Positions 40,501-47,188 of a stretch of DNA of 64,000 nucleotides are shown piece after piece. A program made the position numbers and the translations under genes. This stretch comes from an uncultured Candidatus Saccharibacteria bacterium (lineage in GTDB: Bacteria > Patescibacteriota > Saccharimonadia > Saccharimonadales > JAGQNJ01): assembly GCA_964590205.1 (NCBI GenBank), contig CAZPVO010000003.1:67643-131642 (forward strand), in the 5' to 3' direction. Positions within the stretch are counted from its first letter, which is position 1, and every line of letters starts with the position of its first letter. Under the pieces are notes generated by a model. That model was not told the DNA's origin, did not search any database, and worked only from the letters and a program-made list of their open reading frames with translations.

Positions 40501-42430
40501 AGTTAATGTAGGTTAGGCGGCCTACGCCAGAACTCTGATAAGCAATGTGTGCCAAGTTGGCGTTATCAAGAACAATTGTGTTCCAGTCGCCAGACCCGCT
40601 CGCCGCATCAACCGTAGTTGTATTGCTTGTGGTACAGTTAGCATTCGTACATTGTACATACTGAAGCCCTCCTGGTTGCAAATGATAGGTTAGTCTTGCT
40701 GTATTATCAGAAGCTAAAGCTATCCCTGGTGCACCTGTATTATTACCACCGCTATTATTAATAACGGTAGAAACCGACGTGGAACAATCAGTTGCTGTAC
40801 ATCGAACAAACGTAAATGAAGTGTTTGCGCCGTTAAATAGAAACATCCGTGCCATTCCATCCGTGCCAACGGCAATTCTTGCCGAACGTTGAGTTAGATT
40901 ATTTGCCCCGCTCATAACTACTACTGGTGTAGTAGTAGTGCTACAGTCGGAATTACAACGTAAAAACTTAAACTGATCATTCAGCGAATCGTAGTAAACA
41001 ATGTGGATGTTATTGCTACTATCAAGTGCTGCTGAGGCATGCGAACCAATACTGCCTGTCGATTGAAGTGTCCGTTGTGTAATACTTGAACAAAGTGTGT
41101 CGTTACACTTGGTAAAGCCAAGATCTGCCGCTGTCGGTTTGAAGCTTATAATCCTGGCCAAGCCACTACTGTCAAGCAATATTGTGTCGTGCTGACCGTC
41201 ACGAACTGCAGATAGCGTAGTATTGTAAAAAGTGGTGGTAAGGTTCCCTGCTGTCAGAGGCACTAGCGAAGCTGTATTAACCGTACCCGTAGTTGTATTT
41301 ACGGTTAGTAAATTTACTCCTGCTGCATTTTGAACAGCAAATGCCTGGTTTGAGTTGGCTGCATTCTTAAAAGTTACTGCGCCACCAACTGCAAAAGTAG
41401 CCGCTGTTTGTCCATTGGTTCGAATCTGCAACGGATTACTGTCATTTGTTCCTAGAACTGCCGTTGCACCGTATTTGTTACCGCCTTGTAGAAAAGCCGT
41501 TGTCGAAATTTGAATGTTGACAGTATTACCACTTTGATTGGTGGTAAGAGTAATACCTGTTCCTTGTAGCAATTTAATAACTTGGGAGTTATCACCTGTA
41601 CCAAATGTCAGAGATACATCGCCTACTTGGCCGTTAATAGAACTAACGCTATCTTCTTGTGTTGTACTTGTAGCAACTTGGCTTTGGATCGGTACTGAGT
41701 TGCTTGATGCACAATTGTCTGAACTTAAACATATTTCGCCCGAGCTATTTGGCAAAGTATAGACTTGATCAGATGTTAACGCACTGGCGTCAAACTGTCC
41801 AAATACGGTGCCATTGGCTGTACCAATAAACAGCGAGCCCCGTGCAACAACGTCACCATTCACAATTAATTTATTTTTGCCGCCTTTAGACTGTAGAACT
41901 GATAAAACGTTCCCTGTATCTTCACCTAGAGTCAAACTTTGTTCATTCACCGAGCTAGATGGTGATTTAAGCTGACCGATGTTGCGGCGCGATATAAACC
42001 CTGTGACACCGACTAACGCAATTACAATCAGCATCGCCACACCGGTTATGATGTAAACAGCTTTATTGCGGCCAAGTCTTCGTGGGAATAACGGTGTTTT
42101 GGGTTCTGCAGCTGGAGTCTGAGCCGGCTGCGTAGCAGTAGATGCTCCCGAATTAGGGTCACCTAACGGAGGTGATGCTACCGGGTTGGATGTGACAACA
42201 GATTCACTTGGGGCTGATTCTAAAGAGTTAGCATCCGGAACAATTGGCGGTTCATAGCTGTTTGTTGCTGTTTGAGATGGAGGTGGTGTTACTGGTTGAG
42301 AAACTGATTGTGTACTAACGGATGCAGCAGCAGTTGGAGTTGAGGCACCTTGATACGAGGCCCCTTCCCCCTGCTGGGTAGGAGTAAAAACTGTGTTCGC
42401 AACTGGGGTATTTTTATCTTCGTTTTGCAT
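31553..42430 (-). CDS. giant (3625 aa) N-terminally membrane-anchored surface fibre/adhesin with Kelch and LVIVD propellers, a CBM4_9-like domain, tail-fibre-like repeats and a C-terminal Peptidase_S74 intramolecular chaperone domain
   Basis: Single uninterrupted ORF. aa 1-123 are S/T/P/A-rich, aa 124-146 form a TM helix, and the rest is G/S/T/N/A-rich with multiple internal repeat families (domain map in findings). All plus-strand ORFs inside are antisense artefacts. Confidence 0.9.
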   Translation of the reverse strand: MQNEDKNTPVANTVFTPTQQGEGASYQGASTPTAAASVSTQSVSQPVTPPPSQTATNSYEPPIVPDANSLESAPSESVVTSNPVASPPLGDPNSGASTATQPAQTPAAEPKTPLFPRRLGRNKAVYIITGVAMLIVIALVGVTGFISRRNIGQLKSPSSSVNEQSLTLGEDTGNVLSVLQSKGGKNKLIVNGDVVARGSLFIGTANGTVFGQFDASALTSDQVYTLPNSSGEICLSSDNCASSNSVPIQSQVATSTTQEDSVSSINGQVGDVSLTFGTGDNSQVIKLLQGTGITLTTNQSGNTVNIQISTTAFLQGGNKYGATAVLGTNDSNPLQIRTNGQTAATFAVGGAVTFKNAANSNQAFAVQNAAGVNLLTVNTTTGTVNTASLVPLTAGNLTTTFYNTTLSAVRDGQHDTILLDSSGLARIISFKPTAADLGFTKCNDTLCSSITQRTLQSTGSIGSHASAALDSSNNIHIVYYDSLNDQFKFLRCNSDCSTTTTPVVVMSGANNLTQRSARIAVGTDGMARMFLFNGANTSFTFVRCTATDCSTSVSTVINNSGGNNTGAPGIALASDNTARLTYHLQPGGLQYVQCTNANCTTSNTTTVDAASGSGDWNTIVLDNANLAHIAYQSSGVGRLTYINCLNAACSSKTTQTVDNTSDAQATSIVLNAKGVPQIAYYDTTPNTLKFASCDDKTCANPTISTVDSSANVGQYVSAAIGPDGYAQLAYYDASNQRLRFANLGSASDTVTGSNIGSPTAYYGTEYVRDIITDRFTLAPTTNSSTAFQVKNTAGSNVLTVDTTDKRVIIGAGTPSATLTVNSSSPNDSGSDGTDADPVLNVLGAKGGNTVGGTGQIGGAGSSISLQAGNGGDAPNGSTNGAGGNITFQAGTAGSGIGGLTGTDGNIYFKLADGAGGTTTYKFATAAGSGTYDICTTANNCNGSGGSGDINNGGNAFGSAITIGTNDNYDLNFETHNITRLTVTSSGDVNVNNDLTVGSQLAVGGNASISPNVLVQTKESYSNTSGAVTGIQDWITLSPPSDSTVFSTALDGSLGLTGSGINYSGVYTSTAGTTNVSTTGAVSTVIGTSGWARNNGAGSVTSEFGMLALSDNNASGTVTSAIGLGTLVSNTSSGTITNAAGQLVLSAVNSGGGTIGTNFGINVQPQTAGTVDYGIAVGTADTQTLWLSSDADNTTAAAGIGFGLSRDTNLYRSAAATLKTDGNFIVGSTLTVPTGTAVLGTASSTSGSLLLYNAAGAGSITLNAANPGPTAYTITLPAENGTVCTTGSVCSGYQASGNYFTQNGNAFSATAKLGTTDANSLQFITGNNTQVTIANGGATTFQNSTNSSAGFRILTSLGDNILTANTSNGSVLLGQASSSSGTLVFNNSSNSNTTTLSVVAATGARTINLPDESGTICIQNSTNCGFASSSGSGNYINNSTTVQSNANFAVQSSATGSITGLIKAKSSQTADLLQFQDSSGNAVSGVTASGNFYFGRASGATGSLTFYNSGGSGSISLSASNPGSSTYAISLPNASGTVCLTSGNCAGIGGTGDILNNGNSFGSDVILGTNDSNNFKFETNNVTQATIAVGGATTFQNSVDSASAFAVKRSDGASLLTIVTSGIVPGVALGNDTTPIKGILAFHDSTAGNGFIGSILGANTFTASRTFTLPDESGTICTTGSVCSGYQASGTYWAQGGNTLGASTPGVLGTLDNNTLAIKTNNITRLVFDTSNTAYFGLATAGALNPSSFTLTGEGSNTAGRAGTAIQLQAGSSTTGTSNTAGGDLILAGGQSTGNVAGGNIIFQYSAAGTSGTSVNSLATACTISGTNGSLSCPGAGSSSERFGSGATAAGNNTVVIGNSATSPSGNAVVIGTSATGSSSAGNVIIGTSASGGNCATCVILGSSAAASGTVNRNVILGGSASSAFSDTVVLGASAASTAANQLVVQLGQAASSTATSGYFGNGVTSATPAAFTLNATGSSSAGVTAAALSVQGGNAASGLSNTTGGALNLNGGVGTGTGNGGDVNIKIAAAGSTGSTQNAQSTVVTISGNNGSALFQNAANSTSAFRVDNASGADILKINTLTSGLNLFGNPNFEQNTSLVTAKGSATITDDDSLSNFGSRSLKIATTAAANDGATFNLAFPAGGTYSVSFYARVDSGSMTTAQIGLTSNGSDINCLTGQTLNTTWTLFTCSTLVAGANGTTVAGAYIKQSDATARNIFVDGVTIVSGATGLTYTAPAQNLQVGAFQNHITLNNQNTGETGPWEKNNNSLPASVYGNGSVVYNGYVYSVGGFTATANGSAATTAVYYAKINADGSTGSWTTASQSLPAARGEFGNPVVVNGFMYVVSGHAANNGSNQTTVYYAKINSDGSTGAWQSGNTSGLTAKSGHVVFTANGYIYSASGGAGALFYAKVNSDGSLGGNGSSATAWNTGTTVGGRANATVVVANNTAYIIGGGANNTIITTTLDPLTGANSNVQTLSTPTLPANRQYHSGAFVNGYVYVIGGSTTGSTNTNNTIYYAKLNGDGTLGTFQTSSYTLPQSLLGQASVADNGYIYSLGGASANASSGTVYSNIYYASTARVLVGGSLDLVGLSNQALSDASGSDPSGSIGGSLTAGNTHIVGSLDVQGSANFDRNVNIDGDLHVSTGATFKNSFAAAPQQIGSVAFASTIDTWVQGNYAYSITSAFLVPQDISDPANPVNLGSTALTGTATSIQVVGKYAYVATSTSLQIIDISNPKSPSIVSTTAHGGATSNGIWVQGHYAYISTGSGVVRIMDVSNPISPSVTSTWTPVASGNGEIFGQGKYIYYTSTTTNLYIADISNPYSVTTTGFINSSGTNGTTGTGIGAAVNAIFVKGSYAYLGESSGKFEIINVSDPTAPTLTKSVTTGSATNQAIWVQGNYAYLGGNTAATSFSVYDVTVPSNAFSVLSNANVGNAIQTIQVAGRYAYMNANGNLRIYDMGGAYIQQLSAGGIAASQLYTEGTITDAGDLSVQGAASFGQGLSAQGSSSFGGDGNKSGLAPLNVTQSSASATAGSLQGQVTTVNNTGVTTSGTDTTFGQVINVTRTGATGGTANTYGVYSNVSADNAGAGTSNAYNYYAAMSLTTADNAYGYGVGGSIGGSGTMASYTGFSNNVSNLGISGSTTTNMYGFHNTVSLSGSGGCSGLCSGLTVSNIYGIQLDAPTIDGAPVVTNNYGINIDGLTSGATNYGIKVGASNSGSGTNYGIAIGTARTQTLWVGSDADNTSAAAGLAFGSSRDTNLYRSAADTLKTDDAFAVGTDFSISSAGNITTNASGISSTGGAWVAGVYLGVGSSRADAGAVRLQNNNNIAWRNAANNGNVTLGVNASNVFAFTNAATSGSAVAQFNNAGAETCTISPGAGTQFACSSDARLKGNVVTIANGLDVIKQLRGVNFTWNDDPTQKNQEGFIAQELMQILPQAVSQDSNGYYVANYQAIIPYLVGAAQTQDLQITGLQQGQTTSNNSVSNLTGQISDLSQRVSALENNQGNTNFASLNVSGTATVHNLTVTGAATIAQLTVTGNATFAGNITIQGHLLGNTDTRGTLTIPAGQTQLKFTFVKPYDLGSEPVVILTPKDTFAPRYRVDSTDKDFTIYFETPASTDVIMNYQVQQ

Positions 42431-42506
42431 TTGTGTTTGAACCTAAGCTTTGAGCTTATGGTTACCCCATATAAATTGTACGGCATCAGGAGTTAAAACC
42501 AAAGGA

Positions 42507-42531
42507 TTTTGCACACAAAATGTGTGCAAAA
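42507..42531 (-). terminator. intrinsic terminator / perfect palindrome TTTTGCACACA-aaa-TGTGTGCAAAA between the 278-aa gene and the giant gene
   Basis: 11-bp perfect stem immediately after the stop of ORF 42536..43372, followed on the minus strand by the U-rich tract TCCTTTGGTTTT. Confidence 0.55.
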
Positions 42532-42535
42532 CTTC

Positions 42536-43372
42536 CTAAATCCACAAAATGATATAAATCGAACCTAGCCCAAAGAGTAAAACAATAAACGCCAGCCACG
42601 ATACTTGAAACAACTGCTTGAACAATGCTGTTCGAGCCAATGGATTACGTCCAACAGAGATAATCGAGCTATGAATAGCTCCATAAATAATCGATCCTTC
42701 CACAATAAGCAGCAAGAAAAAGATCACTAAAGCTACGATTACTTGAGCTTGGGTAACGGTTTTTCCGGTTATGGACTGCCCGAAAAGTACCAAATAAGGT
42801 TTTTGCTCGGCAGCGTCAAGACTTCGGTCGTGCGGATCGACATTGATCTTAACTTTGTTGATTAGAACTGTTCGTTCACTACCTTCTTTTGTGCTGACCT
42901 TCTGCGTAATCGCTTTATCTTTGTTAAAATCTTCTAATGCTGCCCCTACTACTTGGGTATCACTGTCAGCTGCCTTCATGCCTATTCCAGTCAGGGGTGA
43001 AACCACAATATAGTCACCCTGTTTGATGTCGCCATTCAGATCTGATACATACACGTCAGCATCACCCGAGGTCGTAACGTAAACTTGAGCATTAGAATTA
43101 CTCAAAGTTATCAAACTGGAATCAATCGTTGTGACAATTCCAACAACTTTACCCTTGTTACCATTGTTTGCTCGCTCAACAAGTTCGTTGCCATCTGAAC
43201 TATTTTTTGTTTGTGAAGCAATCATATTTATCTTCAGACTCGTATCTGTAGTGCTGTAGCCTTTTGAAATGCTAACAGCGAGCGCAGATGCAGCCGGTAG
43301 TAAAACCAATAAGCAAGCTACGGCTGCAGACAGTCGTAGATACCATTTAACAGATGACAAATTCTTGGCCAT
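42536..43372 (-). CDS. hypothetical secreted/membrane protein (signal peptide, beta-rich ectodomain, 2 C-terminal TM helices)
   Basis: 278 aa. N-terminal signal-like LRLSAAVACLLVLLPAASALA, and C-terminal VIVALVIFFLLLIVEGSIIYGAI / WLAFIVLLFGLGSIYIILWI. Lies directly upstream of the giant gene, co-directional. Confidence 0.5.
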   Translation of the reverse strand: MAKNLSSVKWYLRLSAAVACLLVLLPAASALAVSISKGYSTTDTSLKINMIASQTKNSSDGNELVERANNGNKGKVVGIVTTIDSSLITLSNSNAQVYVTTSGDADVYVSDLNGDIKQGDYIVVSPLTGIGMKAADSDTQVVGAALEDFNKDKAITQKVSTKEGSERTVLINKVKINVDPHDRSLDAAEQKPYLVLFGQSITGKTVTQAQVIVALVIFFLLLIVEGSIIYGAIHSSIISVGRNPLARTALFKQLFQVSWLAFIVLLFGLGSIYIILWI

Positions 43373-43451
43373 TCTTATTCGCCCTCAAGCGTTAGCATAA
43401 TGACTATTCTAGCGCATAGCGCGTCAGTTTACTATTGATTGAGAAGAAAGC

Positions 43452-43757
43452 TTAGGCGATTTTAGAAATTTTGATCGTAGTGTGACGCTGTCGATGACCG
43501 TGTACTTTTTTTACGCGTTTTTTAGCTTTGTAACGGATTGCGGTCACTTTATCGTCTTTTACTTCTTGTTCCAAGATATCAGCTGTAACTTTACCAGCGA
43601 GCTCAGGAGTACCAATCTCAACTTTATCACCATCAATGGTTAACAGAGGTTTAAAATCGACTTTTTTATCGGCAGTCTTCAGGAGCTCAATCTCAAGAGT
43701 CTCACCTTCAGATACGAGATATTGTTTGCCACCAGTAGTGATTACAGCTTTTTTCAT
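43452..43757 (-). CDS. rplU: 50S ribosomal protein L21
   Basis: MKKAVITTGGKQYLVSEGETLEIE is canonical L21. No rpmA (L27) follows it here. Confidence 0.9.
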   Translation of the reverse strand: MKKAVITTGGKQYLVSEGETLEIELLKTADKKVDFKPLLTIDGDKVEIGTPELAGKVTADILEQEVKDDKVTAIRYKAKKRVKKVHGHRQRHTTIKISKIA

Positions 43758-43794
43758 AATACCAATAGAGATTAACAGATAAGCATCTGTTTGT

Positions 43795-46704
43795 CTAGGC
43801 TTTTGCTAAAGCGATGGCTAGTTCAGCTCCCTCAACTTTTACCGAAGTTTCAAACTGTTTAGGCGGAGTTTTGACTAAACTTTTGGCCAAAACTTCTTGT
43901 TTTATGGTATCTTCGTGCTCTTCTATGGCCTTTGCCAACTCTTTGTCATCTGTTAGTAACGACACCGTTATGCGGTCATCGACATTCAAACCGGCTTGCT
44001 TGCGTGCACTCTGAATATTTCGGATAACTTCGCGCATTAACCCTTCTCGTTTTAGAACTGGAGTTAATCTTGTATCCAGTACAACAGATGGGTTAGGACC
44101 ACCTCCGACTTCACTAGCCGTTTTACTTGTAACTTTCTTAACATTTAGCTCTTCCTTGGCAATTTCAGCAAACTGATCATAGTATTCCTTCGCATCTACG
44201 GTATCAAATACGTTTACTAAAACTGCCTCAGTTAAAGGTTGGCGAACTTTGAGTTTAGCTTCGGCTCGCTTGGCGAGTCCATCAGTAATTGCGTCACGTA
44301 ACTTTTGCATTTCATCTATTAAAAGTTCGTTGATGTGGCCGACCTCTGGCCAGTCCAGCAAATGAACTGATTCCTCACCAGTGAGGTTACGGTATAGTTC
44401 TTCGCTCAAGAACGGTGTAAATGGCGCAAAAATTATTGCAACTTGAGTCAAGACATAGTGCAAAGTCTTGTATGCATCGTTCTTATCGGTGTCATTATCG
44501 CTCTTCCAGAAGCGTTTACGACTTCGGCGAACATACCAGTTACTGGCATCATCAACAAATTCTAGCATCGGTTTCATGGCATTTGGAATATCATAGCGCT
44601 GCATATGCCCGTCTACTTCTTTAGTCAACTGATGTACCCTGGAAACTACCCACTGATCAAGAGGGTTTTTAAGTTCTCCCGATGGATCTTCAAGCTTACC
44701 GTCCCATTCCCAACCATCAACATCGGCGTACATCGTAAAGAAGTCGTACATGTTCCAGATCATAGCCAATTTACGCTGCACATCCGCCACATCTTTGTCC
44801 TGCAGCGAGAAATCTTCACCGTTCAACAGAGTTGAACTGAGTAGTAAAAATCGCAAAGCATCAGCTGAATACATATCCATCAGCTCATTCGGATCGGTGT
44901 AGTTACCAAATTGCTTACTCATTTTGCGGCCATCATTACCTGCTAACGTCCCCGTTACGATGACATTGCTAAAAGCGTTTTTATCAAACAGACCTACGCC
45001 AACAGCGTGTAAGTAATAAAACCAGGCTCGCACCTGACCAACATACTCGGCGATAAAGTCAGCCGGGTAGCTTTGTTCAAACTTCTCAACATTTTCAAAT
45101 GGATAATGAAATTGTGCAAACGGCATGCTTCCAGATTCAAACCAGCAGTCCAAAACTTTGTCTATTCGAGTGTATTTGACGCCATCTATTGTAAATGTAA
45201 CATCATCTATCCACGGACGATGGTAGTCATCTAACTCAATACCGCTTAACTCCTTGAGTTCAGCGTAGCTGCCAACAACTTTGATGTGTTCTTTACCACT
45301 TTTATCTTTCCCTTTCCAAACAGGCATGGCTGTTGCCCAAAAACGGTCACGGCTTAAGTTCCAATCCGGTGCACTCTCAACTGTCTTAGCAAACCGCCCT
45401 TGCTTAACGTGCTCTGGAAACCAATGGATCGGGCTATTATCCTCAAGCATCTTCTCTTTCTGCCCCTGAATATCCAAGAACCAACTCGGGTGAGCCCGGT
45501 ATATCAACTTTGAATGACAGCGGTGACAGTGCGGATAGCTGTGGGTATAGTAGTAAATTCGGAGGGCTTTTCCCTGGCTCAAGAAGTTTTTAGCAATCTC
45601 TTTGTCAACATCCCAAACCTGTTTACCCTTCCAGTCACTCTCTGTTAGAAAGCCATTATCATCAATAACTGCTACCACTGGAAATTTCTTTTCTTGTGAC
45701 AGCTGATAATCTTCTTCACCATAAGCCGGCGCTTGAGAAACTATACCTGTGCCTTCCTCCATGCTGACAAACCAGGCATCGTAAATCTTATGGGCACCCT
45801 CACCCCAATCTTTGTAGTAAGGTTCGTAAGATCTGCCGACTAGCTCTTTACCCTTTAGTTCCCTCACTGTCTTGTACTCCAGGGGCTGATGTTTTTCATC
45901 TTGAAGGACTTCTGTGACTAAATCCTTTGCCAAGATGTACTTGTCTTTACCGACTTCAACTTCTGCGTAAGTAGCATCCTTATCGACAGCCAGACCAGTA
46001 TTAGCCAGTAGCGTCCATGGAACAGTTGTCCATACTAACAGATAAGTATCGCTGTCTTTCAATTTAAATTTGGCATATAGTGAAGGGTCGGTAACATCCT
46101 GGTATGAGTTATCCATGGCCACCTCAGCCTTGCTGATGGGTGTAGCATCGCGAATACAATACATAAGCACCTTTTCGCCCTCATAGATTTTGCCACGCTC
46201 ATACAGCTTCTTAAAAGCCCACCAGACGGATTCCATGTAATCTTTGTCCATGGTTTTGTAGGCACCCTTAAAATCAACCCAGCGGCCAATCCGATCAATA
46301 GTATCTTCCCAAAGAGATCCAGTCTGCACCATATTATCGCGACATGTGGTGATGTACTCTTCCAGGCTAACCTTTGTGCCGATGTCACGCTTATCAACAA
46401 TTCCGAGCTTTTTCTCTGTAAATACTTCAGCTGGAAGGCCGTGACAATCCCAACCCCAGACACGTTCAACACGCTTGCCTTTCATGGTCCAATAGCGTGG
46501 TACAGCATCTTTAACGATGGAGCTCAATAATGTTCCATGATGCGGCACCCCTGTTATAAACGGCGGGCCATCATAAAAAACATAACTATTAGATTGGGGT
46601 CGATTTTCGACAGACTTCTCAAAGGTCTTGTTGTCTTTCCAGTGAGTGACAAGATCTTTTTCGTATTCGATTGCTTTGCGACGACTTCCCTGTTTGAACT
46701 TCAC
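43795..46704 (-). CDS. ileS: isoleucyl-tRNA synthetase (eukaryote-like type 2)
   Basis: FYDGPPFITGVPHHGT (HIGH), WDCHGLP and KMSKQ. GTG start at 46704..46702, preceded by SD AAGAGG. 969 aa. Confidence 0.95.
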   Translation of the reverse strand: MKFKQGSRRKAIEYEKDLVTHWKDNKTFEKSVENRPQSNSYVFYDGPPFITGVPHHGTLLSSIVKDAVPRYWTMKGKRVERVWGWDCHGLPAEVFTEKKLGIVDKRDIGTKVSLEEYITTCRDNMVQTGSLWEDTIDRIGRWVDFKGAYKTMDKDYMESVWWAFKKLYERGKIYEGEKVLMYCIRDATPISKAEVAMDNSYQDVTDPSLYAKFKLKDSDTYLLVWTTVPWTLLANTGLAVDKDATYAEVEVGKDKYILAKDLVTEVLQDEKHQPLEYKTVRELKGKELVGRSYEPYYKDWGEGAHKIYDAWFVSMEEGTGIVSQAPAYGEEDYQLSQEKKFPVVAVIDDNGFLTESDWKGKQVWDVDKEIAKNFLSQGKALRIYYYTHSYPHCHRCHSKLIYRAHPSWFLDIQGQKEKMLEDNSPIHWFPEHVKQGRFAKTVESAPDWNLSRDRFWATAMPVWKGKDKSGKEHIKVVGSYAELKELSGIELDDYHRPWIDDVTFTIDGVKYTRIDKVLDCWFESGSMPFAQFHYPFENVEKFEQSYPADFIAEYVGQVRAWFYYLHAVGVGLFDKNAFSNVIVTGTLAGNDGRKMSKQFGNYTDPNELMDMYSADALRFLLLSSTLLNGEDFSLQDKDVADVQRKLAMIWNMYDFFTMYADVDGWEWDGKLEDPSGELKNPLDQWVVSRVHQLTKEVDGHMQRYDIPNAMKPMLEFVDDASNWYVRRSRKRFWKSDNDTDKNDAYKTLHYVLTQVAIIFAPFTPFLSEELYRNLTGEESVHLLDWPEVGHINELLIDEMQKLRDAITDGLAKRAEAKLKVRQPLTEAVLVNVFDTVDAKEYYDQFAEIAKEELNVKKVTSKTASEVGGGPNPSVVLDTRLTPVLKREGLMREVIRNIQSARKQAGLNVDDRITVSLLTDDKELAKAIEEHEDTIKQEVLAKSLVKTPPKQFETSVKVEGAELAIALAKA

Positions 46705-46924
46705 GTTTCTTACCTCTTAAAAAATAAAAAGCCCCTGATCTTGTAGGAGCCAGCAAGCTGACGGTACCATCCTACTTTGGGACTTAATTGCGGGACGATT
46801 ACGGGCCCTACCGGTTAGGTTCTACTGAGCTTTAATAAACTGTTCTTCCTACTCCTCGTGGTTGATAGCCACTGATAACGGATTTACAGCTAAATATACG
46901 CTAAAGCTAAGGATAGAGCAATAC
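46705..46924 (-). promoter_or_regulatory. putative T-box riboswitch leader of ileS (antiterminator/terminator)
   Basis: On the minus strand, AAUUAAG...GUAGGAUGGUACCGUCAG resembles the T-box core AGGGUGGNACCGCG. It can fold as helix GUAGGA/UCCUAC, a 7-nt bulge UGGUACC and helix GUCAG/CUGGC. An overlapping terminator GCUCCU-acaagauc-AGGGGC plus U9 follows, then the SD and GTG. A candidate AUC-A specifier sits in a GUGG/CCAC hairpin upstream. Confidence 0.5.
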
Positions 46925-47188
46925 TCAAGCGGCCAGAAAACCAACGACATCATTAACTACTGGTAGCGGCGTACCGATCCAGCTTCGAGCCAATTGCCCA
47001 TCATCACGAACCGCTAGAACTGTTGGATATTGCATCACGTCGTACAGCTTAGCCATCTCTGACCCCGCTGGTGAATCAACATCGATAAGTTCACATTCAT
47101 AAGAGCTGTGGCGCTCAAAATCATGGGCAAACTCTTCCACGGCTCGCGCAAACTCAGAATCTGGCCGGTAGAGAATAATTGCTTTCAT
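46925..47188 (-). CDS. small thioredoxin-fold-like protein lacking CxxC (hypothetical)
   Basis: 87 aa, with a YPTVLAVRDDGQ cis-Pro-like segment but no CxxC. Neighbour of nrdJ. Confidence 0.3.
   Translation of the reverse strand: MKAIILYRPDSEFARAVEEFAHDFERHSSYECELIDVDSPAGSEMAKLYDVMQYPTVLAVRDDGQLARSWIGTPLPVVNDVVGFLAA

Noticed and set aside
31851-41762. About 25 plus-strand ORFs of 60-190 aa inside the giant gene region (e.g. 35997..36560, 36651..37025, 37542..37916, 39714..40070).
   Set aside because: All lie antisense to, or out of frame with, the continuous 3625-aa minus-strand ORF. Their Pro/Ala/Val/Leu-rich translations are the mirror image of the G/S/T/N-rich sense strand, and two of them simply reproduce the internal duplication. 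They are artefacts.
31553-42430. Possibility that the regular repeats in this region are a CRISPR array or a non-coding tandem repeat.
   Set aside because: The repeats are in frame within one long ORF, are degenerate at the nucleotide level, have no constant-length spacers, and there are no cas genes. They are protein-coding repeat modules.
46925-47188. Calling the 87-aa nrdJ neighbour NrdH-redoxin or thioredoxin.
   Set aside because: It has no CxxC active site and only one Cys in total. Only a vague thioredoxin-fold resemblance remains, so it is left as hypothetical.
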